A stretch of DNA of 64,000 bases from Actinomycetota bacterium. GTDB taxonomy: Bacteria; Acidobacteriota; Blastocatellia; Chloracidobacteriales; Chloracidobacteriaceae. The DNA lies in contig JAYRXR010000207.1 in NCBI GenBank assembly GCA_041917435.1, forward strand, positions 1 to 64,000. Direction: 5' to 3'. Within the stretch, counting starts at the first letter, position 1. The number at the start of each line of letters is the position of its first letter. Position numbers and translations under genes: made by a program. Of this stretch, positions 1-10,500 are shown one piece after another. A model generated the notes under the pieces. It saw nothing but the letters and a program-made list of their open reading frames with translations, did no database searches and was not told where the DNA came from.

Positions 1-105
1 ACGCGAAATTTTTTTCCCCGGTAGCCGTGCCGTAAACGACACGGCTACGTTCAAGGCGTCAGCTACGCGACGCCAATACATACTGTCCAATTCCCGTGGT
101 CTGAT

Positions 106-567
106 TTAGGCATCCTCAAAAGCTTTCTCAAGCGCCGCGACGTCGAGTTTCACCATGGTCATCATCGCTTCCATGACCGCTTGAACCTTCCTCGGGTTCC
201 GGTCGGCGATGAGTTCCATAAAACGCTTCGGCACGATTTGCCAGGTGACGCCGAACTGATCGGTAATCCACCCGCACTGCGACGGGGTTGCGCCACCGGC
301 CACGAGTTTGTCCCAGTATTCGTCAACCTCCCGCTGGTCCTCGCAGTTCAAAAAGAGCGAGAAGCCTTGAGAAAAGCTGAAGTATTCACCCCCGTTGTAC
401 CCCATGAAAAACTGACCGCCGATGACAAACTCGGCGGAAGTAACCGGGCCGTCCTCGCCGGTCCGGGCAACGGTTCTGATCTCGGAGTCCGGGAACGTCG
501 CGGTATAGAACGCGATCGCGGCCTCAAGCTGGTTATTGAACATCAGGAACGGTGTCACTTTGTTCAT
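106..567 (-). CDS. VOC-family protein (PhnB-like glyoxalase/bleomycin-resistance fold)
   Basis: ORF 106..606 with internal ATG at 565-567 (MNKVTPFLMF...). The ~150-aa sequence has the PhnB/3-demethylubiquinone methyltransferase-like VOC pattern (GGQFF..NGG, CGW..D.FG..WQ). It overlaps the stop of the upstream gene by 2 nt. Confidence 0.6.
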   Translation of the reverse strand: MNKVTPFLMFNNQLEAAIAFYTATFPDSEIRTVARTGEDGPVTSAEFVIGGQFFMGYNGGEYFSFSQGFSLFLNCEDQREVDEYWDKLVAGGATPSQCGWITDQFGVTWQIVPKRFMELIADRNPRKVQAVMEAMMTMVKLDVAALEKAFEDA

Positions 568-1160
568 CGGTTTGTCTCCTCCGTTCCGGTTGTCACCGGT
601 ACGCACGTGTAGGTATTGAAGACGATGCCGGACCGAAACGCCTGCGACTCGACCAGTTCGAATGACCGCGCCGGAGTTCCCTCCGAGAAAAGGCGTTTCC
701 CCCTGCCCAACAGAACCGGGTAAACGGCCAGCACCACTTCATCCGCCAGCCCCAGTTCGAGCAGCCTCGATGTCAGCGTGGAGCTTCCCCAGAGAATGAG
801 GTCCGGACCGCCCTGCGACTTGAGACGGTGAACACCCGCTTCGAAGTCGGGAGCGACGGCCTCGAACGGCCCCCATTCAAGGCTCTCCGGGCGATGGGTC
901 ACGACAAACTTTGTCGCCGCGTTGAGCCGGTCCGCCATCGGGCCGCCTGGCGCATTCGGCCAGTAACCCGACCAGATGTCGTAGGTTCGCCGACCGAGCA
1001 GCAGGTCGAACCGTTCGCCCTGGACGGCCAGAACGGCATCACGTCCGGCCGGGGAGCGATAGGGCGCGGTCCAGTCGCCGTGGGGAAAGTCGTCGTCATC
1101 GGCGGAGTGCTGGATCACGCCGTCCAGCGAAATGTGTTCAATGATTTTGAGTTTTCTCAT
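564..1160 (-). CDS. dihydrofolate reductase-family protein (RibD C-terminal domain-like)
   Basis: ORF 564..1205 with start chosen at ATG 1158-1160 (MRKLKIIEHISLDGV...). The N-terminus and the 'DEVVLAVYPVLLGRGKRLF' motif are typical of the YwjB/RibD_C DHFR-like family. It is translationally coupled to the VOC gene downstream. Confidence 0.6.
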   Translation of the reverse strand: MRKLKIIEHISLDGVIQHSADDDDFPHGDWTAPYRSPAGRDAVLAVQGERFDLLLGRRTYDIWSGYWPNAPGGPMADRLNAATKFVVTHRPESLEWGPFEAVAPDFEAGVHRLKSQGGPDLILWGSSTLTSRLLELGLADEVVLAVYPVLLGRGKRLFSEGTPARSFELVESQAFRSGIVFNTYTCVPVTTGTEETNR

Positions 1161-1331
1161 TTCAGTCACCTTTTTCCGTGGTTGGAAGGTGCGAGAAAGC
1201 GCCACCCTGGCCTGACCGGGTGCCGCCGCCGGGTCAGGTCAGGTGTGATTTCAGCCTCGCTCGGCGCTCACCATGCGGTTGTGCCCCCGCGTCATCCGGA
1301 ATTCCCGCGGAGGCACCCCAAAATCATTTCT

Positions 1332-1745
1332 TCACGGTTTCGCTTCAACGAATTGCGCAAAGTTGTTCAAAATGGACTGCCACCCCTGTTGCTGTTGCTC
1401 GATGGCGTGTTCGGTTTCGGCATCAAACGTAACGCGCACGGTCACGCCCTTGTCTTCGGCAATGAACCTGACCGATGCCGCGCGGTCGCCAAAGGCAAAC
1501 TCAAGCAGTTCATTCGGGACCACTTTCGTGTAGGTCCCTTCAAAGTCGAAGCCGACACTGCCGTCCCTGGCTTCCATGCGGGATGAGAACCGGCCGCCCA
1601 CACGCAGATCGACGGTGGACCTGGTGGTGTGCCAATCGTCGCTGGCCGCGTTCCAATGCATGATGTCACCAGGCGTCGTGTAGGCACTCCAGACCTTGGC
1701 GACAGGGGCGTTGACAAACGTTTCAACGGTAAGTTTCGTGGACAT
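1332..1745 (-). CDS. SRPBCC/AHSA1 (activator of Hsp90 ATPase homolog)-like protein
   Basis: 137-aa ORF whose sequence (ETFVNAPVAKVWSAYT...HW...FDFEGTYT) matches the AHSA1/SRPBCC fold family. Confidence 0.55.
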   Translation of the reverse strand: MSTKLTVETFVNAPVAKVWSAYTTPGDIMHWNAASDDWHTTRSTVDLRVGGRFSSRMEARDGSVGFDFEGTYTKVVPNELLEFAFGDRAASVRFIAEDKGVTVRVTFDAETEHAIEQQQQGWQSILNNFAQFVEAKP

Positions 1746-1825
1746 GATTTTCCTTTCGTTTCAGTACTTCGTCGTTTTTTTTCACGCTTTCCCGAGTTGA
1801 ATCGGGTGGAGCCGGTCACCGCGAT

Positions 1826-2251
1826 TCATTCCTCGCCGGACGCGCTGATCATCCAGCCGACGCCGAACCGGTCGGTCACCATTCCGAAGCAGGGCGACCA
1901 GAACGTTTTCCCAAGCGGCATCTGCACGCTTCCCCCCTCGGCCAGTGCCTTGAACACTTCATCAGCCCGAGCTTCAGTGGGAAATGCGAGGGAAACACGG
2001 AATCCGTCAAAACTCGGCTCGGCGCACAGGCCGTCGGAAGCCATCAGGATGGCCCCGTCAATCGTCAGGGTGGCGTGCATGATCTTGTTTTCGGAGCCTT
2101 CCGGCAGCGCGCCGTCCGGATGCGGCTCGGGGCTGTCTTTGAACCGCATCAGGAACTGAACCTTCGCCCCGATGGCGTGTTTGTAGTGTTCGATGGCTTC
2201 CTCGCAGCGACCGGCGAAGAACAGATAGGGATGAATCAACGTATTCGACAT
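1826..2251 (-). CDS. VOC-family protein (PhnB-like)
   Basis: ORF 1826..2314 with start at ATG 2249-2251 (MSNTLIHPYLFFAGRCEEAIEHYK...TFWSPCFGMVTDRFGVGWMI). It is a second PhnB-like paralog in the cluster. Confidence 0.6.
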   Translation of the reverse strand: MSNTLIHPYLFFAGRCEEAIEHYKHAIGAKVQFLMRFKDSPEPHPDGALPEGSENKIMHATLTIDGAILMASDGLCAEPSFDGFRVSLAFPTEARADEVFKALAEGGSVQMPLGKTFWSPCFGMVTDRFGVGWMISASGEE

Positions 2252-2285
2252 GGGTTTTTCCTTTCGTTCCTTTTGAACTTTCGTT

Positions 2286-2642
2286 TTATTGGTTGGGAAG
2301 TCCCGCGACTTCAATCACGGGACGAACTTCGACCGTGCCCACGCGGGCGCCGGGAATCCGGGAAGCGACGGCAATCGCTTCATCGAGATTTTCGGCGTCG
2401 ATGAGAAAGAAGCCGCCGAGGTGTTCGCGCGTCTCGGCGAAGGGACCGTCCGTGACCAGCCGCTTCCCTTCACGTATCCGTACGGAGGTTGAAGTGGAAA
2501 CGGGATGGAGCGGCGCGGTCGCCAGAAACTTGCCATTTTCGTGGAGCTGTTGCGCCAGTTGGGCGGATTCCTCGTAACAGTGCCGGCGTTCCGTTTCGTC
2601 GAGGGCGTTTTCCTCAAGGTAGATCAACAGGGCGTACTTCAT
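2286..2642 (-). CDS. YciI-family (DGPF domain) protein
   Basis: 118-aa ORF (MKYALLIY...[20 protein letters not shown]) with typical YciI-like features. Confidence 0.6.
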   Translation of the reverse strand: MKYALLIYLEENALDETERRHCYEESAQLAQQLHENGKFLATAPLHPVSTSTSVRIREGKRLVTDGPFAETREHLGGFFLIDAENLDEAIAVASRIPGARVGTVEVRPVIEVAGLPNQ

Positions 2643-2728
2643 TTTCGAATGCCTCCTTTTCCGGTTTCATGGGTAAGTCGAACGGCAAACGCGAAAATCG
2701 ACACCTTCGAAAAATTTTTTTCACGACC

Positions 2729-4051
2729 ATGAACATTTCCGCGTTTTCGAATGTCACCAGCGCCATTGAAACGGTGTATCACATCGACTGGGGGCGGATC
2801 GTGTCGCTTCTGATTCGGGATTTCGGCGATTTCGATCTGGCGGAGGAATCCGCGCAGGAAGCGTTCGCCGCCGCCGTGACCCAGTGGGAACGCGACGGAA
2901 TTCCCGAGATTCCGGGGGCGTGGATGCTTCAGACCGCGCGGTACAAAGCCATCGACCGGATTCGGCTCAGAACCCGACAGGCTGAAAAACTTGAAGCCCT
3001 GGCTTCATCCGGATTGCTGCCGACCACCACCGAATTGCAGTCGGAAATCGGTGAAATTCCCGACGATCGCCTGCGGCTCATCTTTACCTGCTGTCACCCG
3101 GCGCTTTCCCCCGAAACACGGGTGGCGTTGACGCTGCGGATGCTGGGCGGACTCGAAACCGAGGAAATCGCCCGCGCGTTTCTGGTTCCAACGGCCACGA
3201 TGGCGCAGCGCCTGGTCCGGGCCAAGAAGAAGATTCGCGACGCGGGCATTCCCTATCGCGTCCCCGACACGGATGAACTCCCTGAACGGCTGGACGCGGT
3301 GCTGACCGTCATTTACCTGATCTTCAATGAAGGATACGCCGCGACCAGTGGCGAGAATCTGGTCCGGGCGGACTTGTGCGGGGAAGCCATCCGCCTCGCC
3401 CGCCTGACGCGGGAACTCCTCTCGCCCGCGCCGCCCGCCGAATGCACCGGCCTGCTCGCGCTCATGCTCCTGCACGACGCGCGACGCGACGCGCGGATGG
3501 ACGCTGAAGGCAATCTGATTCTGCTCGAAGACCAGGACCGTTCCCGCTGGAATCACCGCCAAATCGAGGAAGCCTTGCCGCTGGTCGAGGAAGCGGCGCT
3601 CGGCGGACCCTACGGCGTACAGGCGGCGATTGCGGCGGTTCATTGCCGGGCAGCGAGGGCGGAAGACACCGACTGGCAACGCATCGCCCTGCTTTACGGC
3701 ATCCTTGAAAGGCTTCATCCCTCGCCCATCGTCACCCTCAACCGGTCGGTGGCCGTGGCGATGGCGGACGGACCGGACCGGGGGATTGAAATCCTTGACG
3801 GGCTGGCGGATGAACTCGCCGAGTATCACCTTTTCCACGCGACGCGGGCGGATTTCCTGCGCCGGCTCGGGTTGAAGGATGAAGCGGCGCAAAGCTACGC
3901 GCGGGCGCGCGACCTCGCGACGAATGAACGCGAGCGAACCTTCCTTGAACGCCGGTTGAGGGAACTGAACGTCACAGGGAAAAGCGATGGCCGGATTCCG
4001 TCAGCTCAGAATTTCACCGTGCCGGATGCGGGCGAGACGTTCCGCGAGTGA
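2729..4051 (+). CDS. ECF sigma factor with long C-terminal extension (ECF42-like)
   Basis: ORF 2489..4051 with start set at ATG 2729 (MNISAF...), after the divergent YciI gene. Sigma-70 region 2 ([13 protein letters not shown]...W) and region 4 ([26 protein letters not shown]) are followed by a ~200-aa helical/TPR-like extension. Adjacency to DGPF/YciI genes is the known ECF42 context. Confidence 0.7.
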   Translation: MNISAFSNVTSAIETVYHIDWGRIVSLLIRDFGDFDLAEESAQEAFAAAVTQWERDGIPEIPGAWMLQTARYKAIDRIRLRTRQAEKLEALASSGLLPTTTELQSEIGEIPDDRLRLIFTCCHPALSPETRVALTLRMLGGLETEEIARAFLVPTATMAQRLVRAKKKIRDAGIPYRVPDTDELPERLDAVLTVIYLIFNEGYAATSGENLVRADLCGEAIRLARLTRELLSPAPPAECTGLLALMLLHDARRDARMDAEGNLILLEDQDRSRWNHRQIEEALPLVEEAALGGPYGVQAAIAAVHCRAARAEDTDWQRIALLYGILERLHPSPIVTLNRSVAVAMADGPDRGIEILDGLADELAEYHLFHATRADFLRRLGLKDEAAQSYARARDLATNERERTFLERRLRELNVTGKSDGRIPSAQNFTVPDAGETFRE

Positions 4052-4771
4052 AGTCGGCGTGACGCCCATCATCCGGGTGTAATCACGCGACAGATGCGCC
4101 TGATCGGCGTAACCGGACTCGGCGGCGATGTCGGCCCAGCCGAGCGAATCCCCGACCAGCTTGATGGCGCTCCGTCGCAGGCGGCGAATCCGGGCGAATT
4201 CCTTCGGCGTCAGGCCCACCAGTTCGATGAACCGCCTCCGGAACTGACGCTCGCTCAACCCCGCCGCCGCCGCCATGGAAGAAACCGTTTCATCCGTTTC
4301 GCCGATCCGGTGAACGGCCGCCGCCAACGGATCGGGTTCGAAGCCGACCGTTTTCACAACGTTCAACAACGCTTCATCGAACAGCCCCGCCGCGCGTTCC
4401 GGGCGGTCCGCGGTTTTCAATCGTTCAAACAGCGGCCCGGCGAAATCGGGAAAAACGGCCCGGGCATCGCCGACCTGATCGCGGAGCGCGGCGAGGGAAA
4501 CGCCGAACAGTATTTTGGCGGCTCCCGGCTGAAACCGGATTCCCCAGACCGAGTCGCCGGGTCGGGTGGGCGGGTTGTGGGCTTCGGTCCGTGGCCCGAC
4601 GAAGGCAATCGTCTCGAAAAACCGGCTTCGAATATAGGCAATCGAGAGCATCCCATCCGGGATGACCCGATGGTCATAGGGCATCGGCGCGTCCTCCGGC
4701 ACCGAGAACGCCCAATAACTGTTGACCACCTCCGTCAGGTCCGACGTCGGCTCGAATTCTTCATATCGCAT
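4001..4771 (-). CDS. AraC-family transcriptional regulator
   Basis: C-terminal HTH_18 pattern ([33 protein letters not shown]...). The start at ATG 4769-4771 (MRYEEF...) is uncertain. Confidence 0.6.
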   Translation of the reverse strand: MRYEEFEPTSDLTEVVNSYWAFSVPEDAPMPYDHRVIPDGMLSIAYIRSRFFETIAFVGPRTEAHNPPTRPGDSVWGIRFQPGAAKILFGVSLAALRDQVGDARAVFPDFAGPLFERLKTADRPERAAGLFDEALLNVVKTVGFEPDPLAAAVHRIGETDETVSSMAAAAGLSERQFRRRFIELVGLTPKEFARIRRLRRSAIKLVGDSLGWADIAAESGYADQAHLSRDYTRMMGVTPTSLAERLARIRHGEILS

Positions 4772-4917
4772 GATTTTTTCGTGAGAAAGGAATCCGCAAA
4801 CTGATTGTAGGGACGAATCAGGGTTTCGAAAACTCCGGGAACCATTTTCCGAAGGTCGCGTCAGTTCCTCCCGAATCGTCATTCGATCCACACAGAAGTA
4901 CATTCGCGGAGGTCACC

Positions 4918-7395
4918 ATGAAATCCCTCACTCGCGGCCTGTTGCTGCTTTTTCTCGTCGTCAGTTGCGCCGCCGCCGTCACGGTCCGGTTCAGAACCTC
5001 GGACACCAGCGTTTCGGCGGACACCAATTCAAAACAGAATCCCGGAGAACTGCTCTGCTTCACCGACAAGGGCGAGGCCAGGGGCGTCTGCCCGCTCAAG
5101 CATACCGACGTGAAGGCCGACATCACCGGCTTTCTCTCGCGCGTGACCGTCACGCAGGAATTCGAAAACCCTTTTAAAGAAGCCGTCGAAGCCGTCTATA
5201 CGTTTCCCCTTCCGCAAAACGCCGCCGTGGACGACATGACCATGACCATCGGCGACCGGACCATCCGCGGCCTCATCAAACGCCGCGAGGAAGCGAAGGA
5301 AATCTACGAAGCGGCCAAACAGGCCGGAAAAACCGCGTCGCTGCTCGATCAGGAGCGCCCGAACATCTTTACCCAGTCAGTCGCCAACCTGACGCCGGGC
5401 GCGAAGGTCACCATCACCATCAGTTATGTCGAAACCCTGAAATATGAGGCGGGGACATACGAATTCGTCTTTCCGATGGTCGTCGGACCGCGCTACATCC
5501 CCGGTCAGCCGACCGGGAAGCAGGCGGGCGGGACCGCTCCCGACACGACACAGGTTCCGGATGCCTCGCGCGTCACGCCCCCGGTCACTCCGGCGGGCAC
5601 GCGCGCGGGCCACGACATTTCGCTCACCGTCAATCTCGACGCGGGCGTTCCCATCACCAACTTCACGAGCGTCAATCATAAAACCGAAGCCGACCGCTTC
5701 ACCGCGAACCGGGCGCGCATCACGCTCCAGTCGGCGAATGAAATTCCGAATCGGGATTTCGTCCTCAAGTACGACGTGGCCGGCAAGAAAATCGAAGACG
5801 GCCTGTTCGTTCACCGGAGCAACAAGGGCGGTTACTTCACGCTCATGCTGCAACCGCCCGACCGCGTGATGCCGACCGACGTGACGCCCAAGGAACTCGT
5901 CTTCGTCATCGACACGTCCGGCTCGATGATGGGCTTCCCGCTCGACAAGGCGAAGGAATGCATGAAGCTCGCGATGGACAACCTCTATGACTACGACACG
6001 TTCAACCTGATAACCTTTTCGGGCGACACGCACCTGCTGTTCCCCGGCCCGGTTCAGGCCACGCGTGAAAACCTTGCCAAAGCGCAGGCGTTTCTCGACG
6101 GCCAGCGCGGCGGCGGCGGAACTGAGATGATGACGGCCATTCGGGCCGCGCTCGAACCTTCGGATAAGCAGGACCACGTCCGCATCGTCTGCTTCATGAC
6201 CGACGGCTATGTCGGGAACGACTTTGAAATCATCGGCGAAATTCAAAAACACCCGAACGCCCGCGTCTTCTCCTTCGGCGTCGGCAATTCCGTGAACCGT
6301 TTCCTGCTCGACGGCATGGCTCGCGAAGGACGCGGCGAAGTCGAATACCTTTCACTGAATGAAGACGGCTCGGCGGCGGCCAAGCGCCTGCACGAACGCA
6401 TCCGCAACCCGCTCCTGACCGACATTTCGCTCGATTTCGGCAATCTGCCGGTGACCGACGTCTATCCGAAACGCATCAACGACCTCTTTTCCGCCAAGCC
6501 GGTTTTCGTCACCGGCCGCTTCACCGGCCCCGGAAAGGGCGCGATCAAGCTGCGCGGAAAAATGATGGGCAAACCCTACGAACGCGAAATCCCGCTGACA
6601 TTGCCGGAGAACGAACCAAACCACGATGTTCTTTCGGGACTGTGGGCGCGCAACCGCATCGACGACCTGATGGCGCAGGATTTGCCCGGTCTCCAGCGCG
6701 GAACGATGAAGCCCGAAATTCAGGAAGTCATTACCCAGATCGGCCTTGAATACCGGCTGATGACGCAGTTCACGTCGTTCGTGGCGGTCGAGGAAACGGT
6801 CGTCAACGAAGGCGGCCAGCAGCGGCGGATTCAGGTCCCGGTTGAACTGCCCGAAGGCGTCAGCCGCGCCGGAATCGAAGGCGTGACGGATGAAGAAGCC
6901 GACGGGCTGCCGGCCAATCGTTACTACAGTGGCGGGGGAATCGCTGCGGGCCGGAAGAGTCAGCCGATGAAGCGCCGCATTGCGCCGAAGTCTCCGCCAA
7001 CGGGGGTTTACCGGGATTCCAGGACCATCAACAACATTCCGACCGCGAAACCAGCCGAGAAAGTGGCGACGCCGGATGTCGATACCAAGCCGGACCCGAA
7101 CACGGTTCGCAGTCCGAAACTTCATCCGACGCTGGCCGCCATCGTCGAACGGCTGCAAAAGAAATCCGCCGCCGTCCCGCCCGAGGAAGCCCGCGTCGTC
7201 AAGGACGGCAAGGTTGAAGTTCAGGTGATGTTGACCGACGGTTCGCCCGCGACCATTGAAAAGCTCAAGGCGCTCGGCGCGGAATTCGTCATCACCCCCA
7301 ACGGCAAGCGCATCGTGGTGATGAAGATCGCCATCGAAAAACTCGATGCCCTGTCGAAGCTGGCGGAAGTGCGCTACGTCACGCCACAGAATTGA
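4918..7395 (+). CDS. secreted VIT-domain plus von Willebrand factor A-domain protein
   Basis: GGAGGT RBS 4 nt upstream, signal peptide (LLLLFLVVSCAAA) and an N-terminal VIT region. The vWA MIDAS motif DTSGSM sits at ~5920 and a long C-terminal extension follows. Confidence 0.75.
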   Translation: MKSLTRGLLLLFLVVSCAAAVTVRFRTSDTSVSADTNSKQNPGELLCFTDKGEARGVCPLKHTDVKADITGFLSRVTVTQEFENPFKEAVEAVYTFPLPQNAAVDDMTMTIGDRTIRGLIKRREEAKEIYEAAKQAGKTASLLDQERPNIFTQSVANLTPGAKVTITISYVETLKYEAGTYEFVFPMVVGPRYIPGQPTGKQAGGTAPDTTQVPDASRVTPPVTPAGTRAGHDISLTVNLDAGVPITNFTSVNHKTEADRFTANRARITLQSANEIPNRDFVLKYDVAGKKIEDGLFVHRSNKGGYFTLMLQPPDRVMPTDVTPKELVFVIDTSGSMMGFPLDKAKECMKLAMDNLYDYDTFNLITFSGDTHLLFPGPVQATRENLAKAQAFLDGQRGGGGTEMMTAIRAALEPSDKQDHVRIVCFMTDGYVGNDFEIIGEIQKHPNARVFSFGVGNSVNRFLLDGMAREGRGEVEYLSLNEDGSAAAKRLHERIRNPLLTDISLDFGNLPVTDVYPKRINDLFSAKPVFVTGRFTGPGKGAIKLRGKMMGKPYEREIPLTLPENEPNHDVLSGLWARNRIDDLMAQDLPGLQRGTMKPEIQEVITQIGLEYRLMTQFTSFVAVEETVVNEGGQQRRIQVPVELPEGVSRAGIEGVTDEEADGLPANRYYSGGGIAAGRKSQPMKRRIAPKSPPTGVYRDSRTINNIPTAKPAEKVATPDVDTKPDPNTVRSPKLHPTLAAIVERLQKKSAAVPPEEARVVKDGKVEVQVMLTDGSPATIEKLKALGAEFVITPNGKRIVVMKIAIEKLDALSKLAEVRYVTPQN

Positions 7396-7474
7396 AGATT
7401 GAAGATTGAAGATTTTCGATTGAGGAAAGGGCGGACCGATTCTGGCCCCAATCTCAAATCGAAAATCTTCAATC
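7396..7474. repeat. STR-armed hairpin (caatcgaaaatcttc family); likely bidirectional terminator
   Basis: Arm gattgaagattgaagattttcgattgag (7396-7425) pairs with ctcaaatcgaaaatcttcaatc (7450-7474) across a ~24-nt loop. The module tcttcaatcaaaaatcaccgcattgtcgcYggc is repeated at 7466-7498 and 7568-7600. The element lies between convergent gene ends. Confidence 0.5.
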
Positions 7475-7582
7475 AAAAATCACCGCATTGTCGCTGGCCC
7501 CCTGAAGATCGAAGGCTTTTAAATTGAACTTGTGACGGTCACCCCCTTCTTCAATCGAAAATCTTCAATCTTCAATCAAAAA

Positions 7583-10500
7583 TCACCGCATTGTCGCCGG
7601 CTCCCGGACGTCTTCCACCGGGGCCGGCGTTTTTTCGTTCTCCGCCAGCGGAAGCCGAATCCGGAAACAGCTTCCCTTGCCCGGTCCGTCCGATTCGGCG
7701 CGAATCGTGCCGCCGTGGGCCTCGACATAACTCTTCGCGATGGAAAGGCCCAGCCCGGAACCGCGCGTCGCGAATTCGAATTTCCCCGACTTGTGCCTGG
7801 TCGTGTCGGCGGTGGTGTAGAACCGGTCGAAAATCCGGTCGAGTTCGCCGGATTCGATGCCGATTCCCTCATCCCGGACGGTCAGATTGATGAGCGTTCC
7901 CTCACGGATGAGTCCGATTTCGACCCTGCCGCCGTCGGGCGTGAACTTGACCGCGTTCTGAACGATATTTCCCAATACCAGCCTCAATTTTTCGCGGTCG
8001 GCGTCGATCAGGAACGGTTCGTCGCACTCGACCTCGACGGCGAGCTTGCGCCGTTCGGCATGGGGTTCGAAATCCGCCACGGTCTCGCGCACGACCTCGC
8101 CCAAATCGAACCGCGACCGGTTCAACGTCACCTCCCGCCGGTCAAAGCGCAGGATTTCGACCAGGTCGTTGAACGTTCCCGTCAGACGGTCCACCACGGA
8201 AAGGCAGGTTTCGAGCGACCGCTGCTGCGGCTCGGTCAGCGGGCCGAACAGCTTCTCCAGCATCGCTTCGCTGTGCCCGCGCAGAACCGTGAGCGGCGTC
8301 CGCATCTCATGCGATGCCACCGAGATGAAATTGGTCTTCATCCGGTCGAGTTCCTGAAGCCGGCTCGTGACCTCCTGCTCCTTGCGATACAGGGTTTCAA
8401 GTTCCTTCATCGACTCGACCACGAGCAGGTTTTTCGCTTCGAGTTCGCCGTAAAGATGGGCGTTTTCAATCGCGACCGCCGCCTGATGGGCAAGGGCTTC
8501 GAGGATTTCACGGTCGGCGTCGGTGAACTTCTCCGCCGCGGGCTTGCGCCGGACATCCAGCACACCGACCACGTCCCCGGCGCGCGACCGGATGGGTACG
8601 TCGATCATGCCGTAGGCGTAACGCGAGGCGAACGGCTCGGGAAACGCCAGAATGTCCCCGACCGCCGGATCGTTGGCGATGATGGCCAGACCGGTTTCCG
8701 CCACCGTCCCGACAATTCCCTTTCCGAGCGGAAGCGAAACGCGACATTCCTTCCAGCGGCCCTCCGACCACAAATGCCGAAAGGTAACCGCATCCCCCGC
8801 AACGATCCCGATTCCCCCCGGTTCGCCGCCGACGAGGTTCGCGCTTTCCTCCGCGATGGTTTCAAGCACCGTTTCGAGATCGAGGCCGGAATTGATGACC
8901 CGCGTACTGTGGAGGAGTCGCCGAAGATAACGGATGCGTTCCTCCTGCCGTTTTCTGACCGTCCGGTAACGCCAGGCGAACAGTCCGTAAATCCCGCCGA
9001 TAATCGCCATCGAGTATAAAAAGTAGGCCAGCGGCGTCCGCCACGGCGCGGGCCGTACCGAAAAGGCCAGCACGACCGGTCCCGTCACGTTTCCGGCGTA
9101 ATCGCGTCCCCAGACCTTGAACTGATAGTCGCCGGGGCCGAGGTTGGTGTATTCGCGTTTCCCTTCCCGGCTCCAGTCGGACGGGTCGGGTTCAAAGTTG
9201 ACGAGCTGCGTGCGGTAGCGCGTGTCGCCGCCGCGAAAAAGACTCATCAGGGTGAATTCGAAGGTCAGTGAATTGTGCCGATGGTCGAGGACCTCGCCCG
9301 TTCGCAAAACGGGCCGGTCCGGGCCGAGCGGGGCAAACGCGCTGATCTGGAGCGGCTTCGGGATCCGGTCGAGGATTTCACCAGCCAGATCGAGTTGCGC
9401 CGCGCCGGCGGAAGTACCCACCCAGAGTCGCCCCGCGCCGTCGGCCAGCCCGCTTCCCGTCAGACATTCGTTGCTCGGCAGACCGTCCTCGGTCGTGAAT
9501 ACATAGGCATCGCCCACCGGGTCCCGTTTCGGCCCGCCGCCGTAATCGGGCGTCAAACGGGCAATTCCCTTGTTTGTACAGAAATACAGCCGCTGCCTCG
9601 AATCCGCGAGGATGCGGTAAACCGTGTTGTTGGGCAGGCCCGGCGCGGTGGCTTCATTCAGCCCGTGCCAGACATCATCCGCCCGGTCGAGATTGCGCCA
9701 CGCCGCCCCGGCCCCGTTGGTGCCGACCCACAGGATCGTATCGCCGTCCGGCGACCGCGTGGAAGTCAGGCTCAACACCACGTTGTTCGGCAAACCGGTC
9801 GTCATGTCGAAAACCGACCACCGGTGACCGTCAAAGCGGGCGAGGCCCCCGCCGTAGGTTCCGGCCCAGATGTCGCGGCGTCCGTCGCGGGCCACGGTTT
9901 CAAGCAGACAGTTGACCCCGTTGTTCGGCAGATCGCCCTGCTGCTTGTTGTACGTTTTCCAGACACCGTCCTCCAGACGGCTCAATCCGTTGTAGGTCCC
10001 GAACCACATGACGGACTTCCCGGCGGCGGTCCGGGTTTCGAGAATGCTCCGGATTTCAGGATGAACCAGTCCGTCGGCGGTTTTGAAAACCTCCATTTTT
10101 TCCCGCGCGAAGCGAACTCCTCCGCCCTGCGTGCCGATCCACAGAACCGGCGTTCCGTCCGGCTCATGAGTTTCATAAAGAACGCTGATCCGGTCGTCCG
10201 GCAGTCCGTTTTTCCCATGGTAACGTCGCCATCCGCCCGGCCCCGACCGAAACAGCCCGTCCGTCGCCGTCCCGAACCAGAATTCCGATCCCCCGGCCGA
10301 GACGGAACGGATGAACGAATGAACCAGAAACCGCTCGGGGCGCATCTCCGGGGGCGGTTCGAACATGCGCCAGGACCGCAGGGGATAAAACCCCAGCCCG
10401 TTGCCGTTCGAACCGATCCAGAGCGCCTCGAAACCATCGGCGGTCGTGATTTTGAGAATTGAATTGATGTCCCCCCCGGCCAGCCCGCGCCGGTTCGCGA

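Noticed and set aside
2489-2728. Upstream extension of the sigma-factor ORF (start 2489 or 2669)
   Set aside because: It overlaps the divergent YciI gene and is Arg-rich. ATG 2729 gives a canonical ECF N-terminus.
9275-10462. 395-aa plus-strand ORF inside the histidine-kinase gene (and similar ORFs at 5377..6252, 6352..7476, 8xxx, 14290..15477, 19264..20535, 26610..27830, 29314..30531, 36396..37739, 41289..42824, 43708..45133, 45791..47035, 62137..63150)
   Set aside because: All are antisense or frame-shifted shadows of well-supported genes, with no motifs.
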